Position numbers and translations under genes: made by a program. The notes under the pieces are model-generated. The model was not told the origin of the DNA and searched no databases. It saw only the letters and a list, made by a program, of their open reading frames with translations. This document shows positions 9,233 to 18,564 of a stretch of 64,000 bases of DNA, piece by piece. The DNA comes from Candidatus Latescibacterota bacterium. GTDB lineage: Bacteria; Latescibacterota; UBA2968. Location: positions 5,920,001 through 5,984,000 of the forward strand of contig OZ244960.1 of NCBI GenBank assembly GCA_965222605.1. Reading direction: 5' to 3'. Numbering within the stretch: position 1 is the stretch's first letter; each line of letters starts with the position of its first letter.

Positions 9233-9952
9233 TTGAATAAGAAAATATGGGTTGCATTTTTAACCTGTGTGTTCCTTCTGACCGCCATCTCAATGGGGGA
9301 AGCGCAGGAAAGCGGTCGCAAATGGGGGGTGGGGACCTTTTTGTCGCTTAACGCCCCAATGGGCCGTCTGGGGGACCAGTTTTCTCCGTCGAGTAAGTTT
9401 GGCATGAGCTGGCAGTATATGCTCAACCAGAAACTTTATCTCGAGATGGAGTACCACCGGTCGGAGTTTAACCACGGGAAGCTGGAGGAACAGACGTTTA
9501 CTTGGTCGGTGGATGGGAAGGAATATTTGAGTCCGGAGGCATCTACGCAGATGAATTTCGACGGTGGGGCTGTAAACCTGCTGATTTTCCATCAGGGTGC
9601 GCCATCGCTAAAGGGAGGCGCTTTCGCGTATTATTTCCAGGTGGGAGGAGGGTATTATCACTATAAGGTGGAGCGCCGAAATTTCATCTTTCCGGGGCAG
9701 AGACAAGAGCCGCTGGACCCGACGCTGGTGCTACAGCCGCAGATCGACTCGAAGACTGCACTGACGTTAAATGCGGGGTTCGGCATTCAGGCGTTTCCGA
9801 TAGACAGAATCGCGCTGGATCTGCGGGCGCGTTACAACGTTTTGATGGGCGAAGTGCGGCCGATGTGGGATTGGGGCATCGAAAACAAGACCTTCCCGAT
9901 GATGCTACTGGACATCGGGGCGGGGGTGAAGTTCTACTTCTGGAAGGAATAG
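9233..9952 (+). CDS. Small outer-membrane beta-barrel protein (cassette I)
   Basis: AGGAGG SD with TTG start, signal peptide, amphipathic strands, C-terminal GAGVKFYF; paralog of 42000-42698. Confidence 0.82.
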   Translation: MNKKIWVAFLTCVFLLTAISMGEAQESGRKWGVGTFLSLNAPMGRLGDQFSPSSKFGMSWQYMLNQKLYLEMEYHRSEFNHGKLEEQTFTWSVDGKEYLSPEASTQMNFDGGAVNLLIFHQGAPSLKGGAFAYYFQVGGGYYHYKVERRNFIFPGQRQEPLDPTLVLQPQIDSKTALTLNAGFGIQAFPIDRIALDLRARYNVLMGEVRPMWDWGIENKTFPMMLLDIGAGVKFYFWKE

Positions 9953-9966
9953 GGGAGGACCAAACA

Positions 9967-12900
9967 ATGAGCAGGAGATTATATATTCTGGCAGGGATTC
10001 TAACTCTGGTCGCTGCTCTGGGCCTGACGGATGCTTTTGCAGGGTCAACGGGGAAGATCACAGGGCAGGTTGTCGATGAGAAAGGCGAACCACTGCCGGG
10101 GGCCAATGTCGTGATAAAAGGCAGCAGGCAGGGTGCCACCGCCGATGCGGAAGGCCATTACGTGATCCTCGCAGTAGATCCTGGTACCTACGAGTTGGTC
10201 GCGTCCTTGATTGGGTATAACACGGTGACGAATCAGGGCGTGCAGGTTTCGGTTGATGCTACAACGCCACTGGACTTCGATTTGCAAGAGCGGACGATTG
10301 AGGCTGAAGAGATAGTGGTCCAGGCGAAGGCCCCGCCGGTAGAGAGGGATAAGACTTCGACGAAATATACCGTGTCGGCTGATGAAATCCGGCAGGCGCC
10401 GATTATCAGGACGACCTCCGAGTTCATCTCTTTGTTGCCTGGCGTGGATATGGGGGGGACGTTTTCGGTGCGGGGATCGGATTACGCCCGGGCAGTACAG
10501 CCGGTTATCTGGGCGACTTCGGGCTATAATAGTGCCGATGTCTATGTGATCATAGATGGAGTGCGCGTTCCCCGGGGCGACGGCAATAGCGCCGGCCTGT
10601 TTACGGGGGTGAACAAGAGCGCGGTGCAGCAGATGTCGGTGGAAACGGGCGTGGCGCCGGCCGAGTACGGCGATGCGAAGGCGGGTTCGGTCAGCATTGT
10701 GACGCGGGATGGGGGGAAGGAGTATCACGGGTGGACGGAGATAACTTACGAACCTGCGGGGAAGAAGCACTGGGGGGCGAACATCTACGACGCCCCGGCA
10801 CACAAGGACAATATGAAGTGGGACGACCCGGAGTGGGTGCGGGAGATAGACCCGCAAACGGGCCGGGTTATCCACGCTCGAGAGAACTACACCGGTTACC
10901 ACGGGGCTGTGCTGGAGGGCAGTCTGATGGGGCCGATTGGGTCGAAGGCGTCATTTGTGGTCTCGCAGAAGCACGAGCGACGGGCGCCTGTTTATCCGGA
11001 TGCGGAAAACCACGGTTTCTATAGCGATTCCCAGCGCGGGCGCTTTATTAATGCTCCGGGCAATATCCAGGGGTCGGGCAATATCACCTTCAGGCCCAGC
11101 CAGAACACGAAGCTCAAAGTCGGATTGGTCCTGCAGCACTTTACGGCGTACAACGGCGAGGTGAACAACCGCAACTACGGTGCCCAGGGTTTCATCCGCA
11201 GCAACAGGTCGAGCAGGGCCGGGCTCCGCAATTTGTTCCTGCCGAAGCAGTGGTCGGCGGGGGGGCGGTACAAGTTCCAGGAAGATCTGGAATATCTGGC
11301 GTTCACGCACATCGTTTCGCCCAGGACCTTTTACGAAATACGGATTGCCCGCAGCCAGACGAGTCAGGATACAATTGATACACCCGCCTTTACAACACAG
11401 CCCCGACTGGACCAAGACAGGTGGTTCTACATCGACCGGGATGTAGCGATGTGGATCGATTCGCGGCGGACGCGGTGGAGCGTGAAGGGTGACTTGTCCA
11501 GCCAGATAACGAAGGGCAATATGATGAAGACCGGCTTCGAGGTGATCCGGTGGGACGCGCGTTTTGTCCAGTACGGGTCGCGGTCTGCGACAGATCACTG
11601 GGTCTCATTTTATTCGGGCGGGGATGAACCCTGGCGGAACGGCAGCCCGGCCAGTCCGATTCGGGGCGCGGTCTATGTGCAGGATAAGATGGAGTTTGAG
11701 GGGATCGTCGTAAATGCGGGATTGCGCCTGGACTTTGAGAAGACGACGCACGAGGAACTGATCAGCGCGCCGTGGCTGGGAATGCCGATGTGGTATTGGT
11801 ACACCACCCGTGGCCTCGCCTATGGCGAGGGAAGTGTGCCGACGGGCTTCGAAGCGTCGGGTAAGTTTGCGCAGACACCGCCGTGGCGGTTCCACCTGAG
11901 CCCCCGCCTGGGGATTTCGCATCCGATCACAGACCGGATGGCGATGCATTACTCGATAGGGCAGTTCGTGCAGTGGATTGACCTCTTCCAAATGTATGCG
12001 AAGGCGTATCGCAACTACGGCCTGCTGGGGACAGATGGGGATCCCAACTGGCAGGATCTGAACAAAAACGGGGTGAGAGATCCTGCTGAAGAGTGGACGA
12101 ACATGAGGCCCAATGCAAGTGGGATAGCCGGCGATCCTCACGAGGCTCGCGCGGAGAAGTCCCTGACGTTTGAAGTGGGTGTGGACTGGAATTTTGTGTC
12201 TGATTACGCGGCTTCGATGACGGTTTTCTACCGCTCCGACATAAACCAGTATTCGTCCGACGGGTCGTCGATGATCATCGCTGGGGGACGTGGCGGGTCA
12301 ATCCGAGGGGCTGCCAACAGCTATTTGCAGTGGAACAAGGGCCTCGAGATGGCGCTGGGGAAGCGGATGAGCAACTACTTCTCTTTCCGCCTCGCCTGGT
12401 ATATGCAGTGGGGAACAAGGGGCTGGGCGGGACGGCAGAACTCGAGCCGCTGGGAGTATCCTGACTCGAACTTTGTGGCCAGCGCGGAGTACTGGCGGTT
12501 TACCGACGTGACGTCTGATGGATCGCGGGTACCCGTTGTTATGACGCAGTCAGATATCGAAAAATTTGGGCGCAGCCAGGAGAATGTCGCACGCAGCTTC
12601 GGACGGCGGTATGCGAACGACGACCTGTGGTTCTTCGGACAGATGCCCGAAGTGCAGGATCTGGATGTGACTGCGTACCGACGCATGAACTCGCGGGGCG
12701 GTGTGCGCTACGGCCCAATGAGGAACTACGGGGCGGTTGGTGCCAGCCGCACATCGCAGGCGAACCTGCAATTTGTGGTGAATACGCCTCCAGATGTGAA
12801 ATTTGGCCCCTCTTTCCTGAGTTGGCTGGTGAGCGACCTGAACGCGAATCTGCTCTGGAGGTTGCGTTCGGGCAGCCGGGTCAACTGGACACCGCCTGGC

Positions 12901-13185
12901 TCGCCGAATCGGCGGACGGACCGGGGGCCGGTGGATGCGTCAACGGACTTTTCTATGGAAAAGACCTTTAATTCCGGTGGCCGGGTGCGGCCGTCGTTCT
13001 TTATCGAAATCCGCAACGTGTTCAATGACAAGTCCGATACGGGCGGCGGACAGAACTACATGCGGTGGGGTCTGCAAATGGCGTCGCCCGATAACAGCGA
13101 CTTCCTCAATTACGGCGATTTTGGTGACCGGAGCTACTTCCGTGCGCCGAGGCGGACGAATCTGGGTTTCCGGGTGGTCTTTTAA
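9967..13185 (+). CDS. TonB-dependent receptor with N-terminal carboxypeptidase-regulatory-like domain (cassette I)
   Basis: GGAGG SD; GKITGQVVDEKGEPLPGANVVI; plug motif APAEYGDAKAGSVSIVTRDG; YVQDKMEFEGIVVNAGLRLD; SPRLGISHPIT; terminal Phe. Confidence 0.92.
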   Translation: MSRRLYILAGILTLVAALGLTDAFAGSTGKITGQVVDEKGEPLPGANVVIKGSRQGATADAEGHYVILAVDPGTYELVASLIGYNTVTNQGVQVSVDATTPLDFDLQERTIEAEEIVVQAKAPPVERDKTSTKYTVSADEIRQAPIIRTTSEFISLLPGVDMGGTFSVRGSDYARAVQPVIWATSGYNSADVYVIIDGVRVPRGDGNSAGLFTGVNKSAVQQMSVETGVAPAEYGDAKAGSVSIVTRDGGKEYHGWTEITYEPAGKKHWGANIYDAPAHKDNMKWDDPEWVREIDPQTGRVIHARENYTGYHGAVLEGSLMGPIGSKASFVVSQKHERRAPVYPDAENHGFYSDSQRGRFINAPGNIQGSGNITFRPSQNTKLKVGLVLQHFTAYNGEVNNRNYGAQGFIRSNRSSRAGLRNLFLPKQWSAGGRYKFQEDLEYLAFTHIVSPRTFYEIRIARSQTSQDTIDTPAFTTQPRLDQDRWFYIDRDVAMWIDSRRTRWSVKGDLSSQITKGNMMKTGFEVIRWDARFVQYGSRSATDHWVSFYSGGDEPWRNGSPASPIRGAVYVQDKMEFEGIVVNAGLRLDFEKTTHEELISAPWLGMPMWYWYTTRGLAYGEGSVPTGFEASGKFAQTPPWRFHLSPRLGISHPITDRMAMHYSIGQFVQWIDLFQMYAKAYRNYGLLGTDGDPNWQDLNKNGVRDPAEEWTNMRPNASGIAGDPHEARAEKSLTFEVGVDWNFVSDYAASMTVFYRSDINQYSSDGSSMIIAGGRGGSIRGAANSYLQWNKGLEMALGKRMSNYFSFRLAWYMQWGTRGWAGRQNSSRWEYPDSNFVASAEYWRFTDVTSDGSRVPVVMTQSDIEKFGRSQENVARSFGRRYANDDLWFFGQMPEVQDLDVTAYRRMNSRGGVRYGPMRNYGAVGASRTSQANLQFVVNTPPDVKFGPSFLSWLVSDLNANLLWRLRSGSRVNWTPPGSPNRRTDRGPVDASTDFSMEKTFNSGGRVRPSFFIEIRNVFNDKSDTGGGQNYMRWGLQMASPDNSDFLNYGDFGDRSYFRAPRRTNLGFRVVF

Positions 13186-13202
13186 CCTGTGAATAAGGAG
13201 GG

Positions 13203-13226
13203 GGGAGCGGCTTCCGGGCCGCTCCC
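13203..13226 (+). other. Intergenic GC-rich hairpin (no U-tract)
   Basis: GGGAGCGGC-TTCCGG-GCCGCTCCC, 9-bp perfect stem between TBDR and CTD gene. Confidence 0.65.
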
Positions 13227-13264
13227 TGCATGCGATGAACCGGAGATGGAAGGAGGAACAGACG

Positions 13265-15613
13265 ATGAGCGTACCACGATGGATAATGGCTGTTGCGATC
13301 GGTGCGGCGTTGTTCCTGTGTGCGGTGCCTCAGATCCGGGCCGAAAAGCTGCAACGGCCTATGATCCAGGTCGGGGTGACGACCATGGGCTACCACGGCG
13401 GGTACCTGCGCACTGGGGACGAAAACTTTTTGCTATATCCCAGCAACCTCCGGCGACCCGGAGGATATGGAGACAACAAGCTCAAGGGCACGGCCGAGCA
13501 CCTCGCCTATTACATGCGCCAGCGCGCAGGGCACGGGGTGTGGTCGTTTACATCGGACCAGGTCGTGATTTATACAGGTCCCCGCAGGGACAAGGACGAT
13601 TTGCTGGTGCCGATGCAGTACGATGTGAGTGCCCACCCGGAACTGTCGAAACTGGGCCGAGGGGGTGTGAATAGACCGTATATTCTCTTCCGCCCCAGGG
13701 TGCAGATGGGGAATGGGGAGCCGTTTCCCGCCGGGCTTGATGAGACGAGCCTGGGCGGGAACTGGTGGCCGGGATCGGAGCTGATTGAGGAATGGAAGCG
13801 CACCGGCGATATACGGGCTGTCCACATCAACAATTTCAATCTCTCTGAGTATCCCAGCGTTGACGAGTGGCCCGAAGAGATGATTGCGGTGAAGTGGACG
13901 AACGCGCAGGGGCTGACGTTCACAGAGCGCGTGTCCGGCTGGAGCCATCCCGATTTCGACGATTTTTTTCTTGATGAGTATATAATTGAAAATACAGGAG
14001 ACAAGAACGGAGACGGCGAGCCGGACGGGCTGGTGCTCGACCAGAGAGATGTCTATATCGGGTTTATGGACCGATTCGCTCTCTCTGCAGCCGGGGCGCA
14101 CTCGCAGTGGGGTGCCTACTGGAGGGAGGAACGGACTTTCATCATGGATGACTGGTACACCTACGATGCGACTCTCAAGCTCCTCTTCTCATGGGATGGA
14201 GACCACCCGCTGTACGGAGACTGGGATGACACGGGCGATCCGTATAAGGATGCGTTTGCATTCAAGCGCCTCGGTCAGCCGGAGAATACGCTGATGAGTC
14301 CCATGCACCTGGGTGTGGGCGTAATTGCTTACACGGACGATCCCACAAGTCCTTACGGATTCAATGCGCGGGATAGGAATCAGAGCTATATCGTCCCCCG
14401 GGGGGACCAGCCCTTTGCCGTGCGTTACTGGGAGTCGTTTTCCAACTCTGTTCAGGATGATCCCCGTGGAGAGACCACGTCGGACCCGGAGATGTACAGC
14501 TCGATTGTAGGCTCCGGCCCTCAGATCACGGAGGGGAAACCCTCAAATGTTCCAAGCGGACAGTTCTCCATGCTGGTCTTCGGACCGTACGACCTGCCCC
14601 CCGGCGGAAAGGCCAAGATCGTGCTGGCCTATGCAGGCGGGCATCCCGGTCAGATGCTCGGGAATACGGATATGTGGACCTGGGCGTTCAAGGGGAACCA
14701 GGCCGAGTTGCCCAAGGGGCTGGACGCACTCAAGCAGAATATTGAGGCTGCACAATTTGCCTACGACAATGCCTTCGATATTCCGGACGCGCCTCCGGAT
14801 GTGAATTTCCGGAGCGGCAGTAGCCCGGACGCGCAGATGCAACTGGAATGGTCGGCTGATATTGAAAACGCGGTGCATCCGGACTACGGTACAAACGACA
14901 TCGCCGGATACCGGGTCTATCGTTCCACCTGGTTCGATATAGGCCCCTGGGAGTTGATCGCCGATTTCAAGGTGGGCGAGACTCCGGATGAAACCGGCTA
15001 TAAGGTAGAGCGCAACGGCGCCGGTTACGTGTTCACCGATAAGAATTCTGTAGCCGGGTTCTTTTACCACTACAGCGTGCGCGCCTACCAGATGCCTCAC
15101 ACGGGCTGGACATCGGGGGCCAGCGATCCGACGGTTCACCCGCTTTCTACGGCGGATCTGCCGTCGCATATCGCCTCGCGCCTGCAGGTGGGGCAAGAGG
15201 GAGGCTGGTCTGCACAGACACAGCGGATCTACGCATCCGAATCGCCCTTTGCGGTTCCTTCCGGGGAGTCGGATGCGTCCGAGGCCCGGGTGCGGGTGGT
15301 GCCCAACCCCTATATCGGATCCGGGTTTGCCAGCGTGGTGGGCGAGGAGTCGCATTCCTATGGTGGTGCTCCCAAGATCCGATTCGTAGGTATTCCATCG
15401 CACTGCCGGATCCGGATCTTCTCAGTATCCGGAGAACTGGTGGGCGATATTACGCATACCGATCGGGACAAAGGAGAGACCGACTACGATCAGCTTTCGT
15501 GGAACAACCTGACGGAGATCGCCACAGGGGTCTATTTCTACGTGGTGGAGAATCTGATCGAGGGGGCCGACAAGGGGAAGATACAGAGGGGCACTTTCAT
15601 GATCATCCGATAG
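13265..15613 (+). CDS. Secreted protein with Fn3-like domain and T9SS type A-like C-terminal domain (cassette I)
   Basis: Signal peptide; AGYRVYRS...YHYSVRAY; C-terminus VRVVPNPY...IRFVGIPSHCRIRIFSVSGELV...IATGVYFYVVE...GTFMIIR. Confidence 0.8.
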   Translation: MSVPRWIMAVAIGAALFLCAVPQIRAEKLQRPMIQVGVTTMGYHGGYLRTGDENFLLYPSNLRRPGGYGDNKLKGTAEHLAYYMRQRAGHGVWSFTSDQVVIYTGPRRDKDDLLVPMQYDVSAHPELSKLGRGGVNRPYILFRPRVQMGNGEPFPAGLDETSLGGNWWPGSELIEEWKRTGDIRAVHINNFNLSEYPSVDEWPEEMIAVKWTNAQGLTFTERVSGWSHPDFDDFFLDEYIIENTGDKNGDGEPDGLVLDQRDVYIGFMDRFALSAAGAHSQWGAYWREERTFIMDDWYTYDATLKLLFSWDGDHPLYGDWDDTGDPYKDAFAFKRLGQPENTLMSPMHLGVGVIAYTDDPTSPYGFNARDRNQSYIVPRGDQPFAVRYWESFSNSVQDDPRGETTSDPEMYSSIVGSGPQITEGKPSNVPSGQFSMLVFGPYDLPPGGKAKIVLAYAGGHPGQMLGNTDMWTWAFKGNQAELPKGLDALKQNIEAAQFAYDNAFDIPDAPPDVNFRSGSSPDAQMQLEWSADIENAVHPDYGTNDIAGYRVYRSTWFDIGPWELIADFKVGETPDETGYKVERNGAGYVFTDKNSVAGFFYHYSVRAYQMPHTGWTSGASDPTVHPLSTADLPSHIASRLQVGQEGGWSAQTQRIYASESPFAVPSGESDASEARVRVVPNPYIGSGFASVVGEESHSYGGAPKIRFVGIPSHCRIRIFSVSGELVGDITHTDRDKGETDYDQLSWNNLTEIATGVYFYVVENLIEGADKGKIQRGTFMIIR

Positions 15614-15631
15614 ATAAAAGGGGGTAGAACC

Positions 15632-16615
15632 GTGAGACAATTTTGTTTGATACTCCTGCTTGCCGGAATGGGGGTGCTCCTGTCCGCACCTCCGGGCAGA
15701 GCGGATGTGCAAGAATTTGTGGATTACCGCTTTGACATGCACAAGTTCTCCGGCCTGGGCGGTTTTCAGTTTCTCAAGATCGGGCAGGGCGCACGACCCG
15801 TGGCCATGGGAGATGCGTATATGGCCGTGGCCGATGACATCAACGCGATTTTCTGGAATCCAGCGGGGCTGACCGAGATCCGCCGCCTGGCCTGGACGGC
15901 CACCTATACGAAGTGGTTGGTAGATTCTTATGTTTTTTCCGGAGCCGTGGCCTGGAACACGCGCACGGCCCTGGGCGGGGTGATCGGGATGAGCGTAATC
16001 GGCTTCCAGCCCGGCGAGATCGAAGAAACCACGATTTTCCAGCCGCTGGGCACGGGGCAGAATGTATCTTCTGGGGACATAGGTATCAGCGCGGTCTATG
16101 CGTTGAGGCTGACGGACAAGTTTTCGTTCGGTGCCCGGATATCCTGGCTGCACCAAACCCTTTATACATTTAGCATCAATCAGGTCTCTATCGATGTGGG
16201 GACGCATTTCCACACGGGCTTTAAGAGCCTGCGTCTGGGCATGGGGTTGCGGAACTTTGGTCCGGACAAAAGGGTTCTGTCGAGTACTTTTCTCATGCCA
16301 TTGCAGTACAATGTGGCACTGGCCGCAGAGGTGTTCGGACAGAAAGGCGATCCGACGTATCTGACGGTGTCGGGAGAGACGCTTTATGCCACGGATTACG
16401 ACCTGCGCGCTCTGGTGGGGGCCGAACTGTGGGTGCAGAATATGCTTGCACTGCGGGGTGGCTACAAGTTTGCCTACCAGACGGACAGTTACAGCCTGGG
16501 CGTGGGGCTGAAAAAGGAGATTGCCGGCGACCGGGCGTTGACCGTAGATATCGCTTATTCGAAGATGGAGTGGTTCACTGCTCCTATCCGGGTGACGATC
16601 GGGGGGGTGTTTTGA
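15632..16615 (+). CDS. PorV/PorQ-family outer-membrane beta-barrel (cassette I)
   Basis: FLKIGQGARPVAMGDAYMAVADDINAIFWNPAGL motif, LALRGGY, terminal Phe. Confidence 0.88.
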   Translation: MRQFCLILLLAGMGVLLSAPPGRADVQEFVDYRFDMHKFSGLGGFQFLKIGQGARPVAMGDAYMAVADDINAIFWNPAGLTEIRRLAWTATYTKWLVDSYVFSGAVAWNTRTALGGVIGMSVIGFQPGEIEETTIFQPLGTGQNVSSGDIGISAVYALRLTDKFSFGARISWLHQTLYTFSINQVSIDVGTHFHTGFKSLRLGMGLRNFGPDKRVLSSTFLMPLQYNVALAAEVFGQKGDPTYLTVSGETLYATDYDLRALVGAELWVQNMLALRGGYKFAYQTDSYSLGVGLKKEIAGDRALTVDIAYSKMEWFTAPIRVTIGGVF

Positions 16616-16663
16616 GAAAAGATCGATGGCTGACTGTTTTATAGACGACAAAGACAAGCGGGA

Positions 16664-16764
16664 GGGCTGTTCGGTCCGATGGGAAGTGCAATGGGCCGAA
16701 TAGCCCCTGACTCTACGGACCGGCGGTTCTCTTTTTAAATAGAAGGGAACTGCCGGTTATTTTT
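16664..16764 (+). terminator. Double hairpin, second one a probable intrinsic terminator
   Basis: GGGCTGTTCGGTCC/GGGCCGAATAGCCC (16664-16706) and ACCGGCGGTTCTCTT/AAGGGAACTGCCGGT (16719-16757) followed by TATTTTT. Confidence 0.7.
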
Positions 16765-16788
16765 GTCTATACACAGGGAGGGCAGGGC

Positions 16789-17727
16789 GTGGATAAGCTT
16801 CGCATCTGTTATATCGGCGCGGGTCGGTTTACGAACCGGCGCAATTTTCCGCATCTCGCAGAGCACGACGTGGATCTCGTTGCGGTCTGCGATCTGGAAG
16901 AGGAGAAGGCGCGAAAAGCGCAGGAGGAGTACGGATTTGGAAAGGTGTACACCGATTTCCGGAAGATGCTGGAAAAAGAGAAACCGGATGCGGTTTTCTG
17001 CGTGGGGCCTCACCGGATGCACTACGGCGTGGGAAAGGAGGTGCTCGAGATGGGCTTCCCGCTTTACACGCAAAAACCGCCAGCGGCTAACGGGCAGATG
17101 GCGCAAGAGATGGCGGATATTTCGAAGCGCAAGGGCGTGGTAGCGCACACCGGATTCACGTTGCGATTTTCAAAGGCCTTTCGAGATATGAAGCGCGTGA
17201 TGAAAAACGAGGCATTCGGCAGACCGACGCTTTGCATTGTGCGGTACATGGTCCGGACCGGATCGGATCTGAGGGCTGCTGCTATCGATATGAACTCACA
17301 CGCGGTAGATGCTGGTCGGTTCTTTATGGGAGATATCGAGGAACTGAAGGTCGAAGGGGGGAGGCAGGAGGGCGTTCGCAGCTATGTGGCGACTGCGTCA
17401 TTCAAAAGCGGGGCTGTCGGGACCTTCAATTTCAGCTCGGGCATGATGGGAGGCGAGATTATGGATGTCCAGATCGTCGGAGAAGAGGGCCATGTGTTGA
17501 CCGATCGGCGCTATAAGGCGCCCGGAAAGCCCGAGGAGAGAATCGGAGTGCTCGAAGCGGGCCACGGACCGCACCATGCGTCCGGAAGTTGGTGGGATGT
17601 GGAGAATTATCTGAATGCGGTCCGTGGGGTGGAGGAAGATAGTTCTCCCATACAAAGCGCAGCGAGAACCATGCAGGATGTGGATGTGATTATCGCACAA
17701 CTCGAGGAGATGGGTGCTGCGCTTTGA
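16789..17727 (+). CDS. Gfo/Idh/MocA-family oxidoreductase
   Basis: LRICYIGAG Rossmann start, AVCD, QKP (EKP variant), GFTLRF, SHAVD. Confidence 0.9.
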   Translation: MDKLRICYIGAGRFTNRRNFPHLAEHDVDLVAVCDLEEEKARKAQEEYGFGKVYTDFRKMLEKEKPDAVFCVGPHRMHYGVGKEVLEMGFPLYTQKPPAANGQMAQEMADISKRKGVVAHTGFTLRFSKAFRDMKRVMKNEAFGRPTLCIVRYMVRTGSDLRAAAIDMNSHAVDAGRFFMGDIEELKVEGGRQEGVRSYVATASFKSGAVGTFNFSSGMMGGEIMDVQIVGEEGHVLTDRRYKAPGKPEERIGVLEAGHGPHHASGSWWDVENYLNAVRGVEEDSSPIQSAARTMQDVDVIIAQLEEMGAAL

Positions 17728-17749
17728 TAGGTGCAAAGGAGGTATCTCG

Positions 17750-18553
17750 ATGGGGAGCAAGAAGGTGCTGTATTTCACACGGCATACGGTATATACTCTC
17801 AACGCGCTTCCAAGCCCTTTGAAGCCCCTGAAGGGGCCGAGCCTGTCGGATCAGGTGATGGTGGAGATCGGTGAGAAGGGTGGGTTCACAGTGGATTGCA
17901 CGCGGAACGGGGAGGTATTCGACGGCGATCTGAGTGCGTACGGAGCGTTTGTATTCTTCTCGTCGGGATCGCTTCAGCAGTTGATGGGAACAGAGAGCAC
18001 GCAGGGGTCACCCCCGATTTCCGAACGCGGCAAGGCGCGGTTTTTTCAGGCGTTGGTCGAAGGTGCCGGGTTCGTGGGGCTTCGGAATGCGGTTTCGTGT
18101 TCGCAGGACATCATCGGATGTTCCTACAACGGTCATGCGCCGACGCAGGAGGGGAGGATGGTGGTGAAGTCCCCAAATTTCCCCGGCCTTGAGAACGCAG
18201 CAGAGTCGTTCGCTATCCGGGATCCGTGGTACACGTTCAAGGCGTTCAAGAAGGATACGCATGTGATTCTCGCGCAGGATACTGAGGTGGCGAAGAAGGC
18301 TGAAGTGCCGCCCGAGCGGCAGGAGATGCATCAGAAGATTCTGCGTCCCCCGTATCCGGCCACCTGGGCTCGCGTGAATGGGAAGTCACGAGTGTTCTAC
18401 ACGAGCATGGGCAACTTCGACGAGACGTGGACCAATCCGATCTTCCAGGAGATGATGCTGGGAGCCATCGGATGGACGATGGGCTTAGTGGATGCCGACG
18501 TAAGCCCGAATATCGGTTGGGCTACGCCACAGGCGAACCAGACACAGTGGTAA
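17750..18553 (+). CDS. ThuA-like (class I glutamine amidotransferase-like fold) protein
   Basis: AAAGGAGG SD; KKVLYFTR, YGAFVFF, GAGFVG, PYPATWARVNGKSRVFYTSMG. Confidence 0.75.
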   Translation: MGSKKVLYFTRHTVYTLNALPSPLKPLKGPSLSDQVMVEIGEKGGFTVDCTRNGEVFDGDLSAYGAFVFFSSGSLQQLMGTESTQGSPPISERGKARFFQALVEGAGFVGLRNAVSCSQDIIGCSYNGHAPTQEGRMVVKSPNFPGLENAAESFAIRDPWYTFKAFKKDTHVILAQDTEVAKKAEVPPERQEMHQKILRPPYPATWARVNGKSRVFYTSMGNFDETWTNPIFQEMMLGAIGWTMGLVDADVSPNIGWATPQANQTQW

Positions 18554-18564
18554 AAGGAGTCGAT

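Noticed and set aside
9865-9966. Longest-ORF upstream starts (also 13235, 17714, 18427, 25125, 55562, 62062)
   Set aside because: Most overlap upstream genes; downstream ATGs have better SD sequences, signal peptides or coupling
13265-15613. SusD/RagB annotation for the gene after the TBDR
   Set aside because: No convincing lipobox or TPR-like SusD scaffold; it carries Fn3-like and CTD-like domains instead
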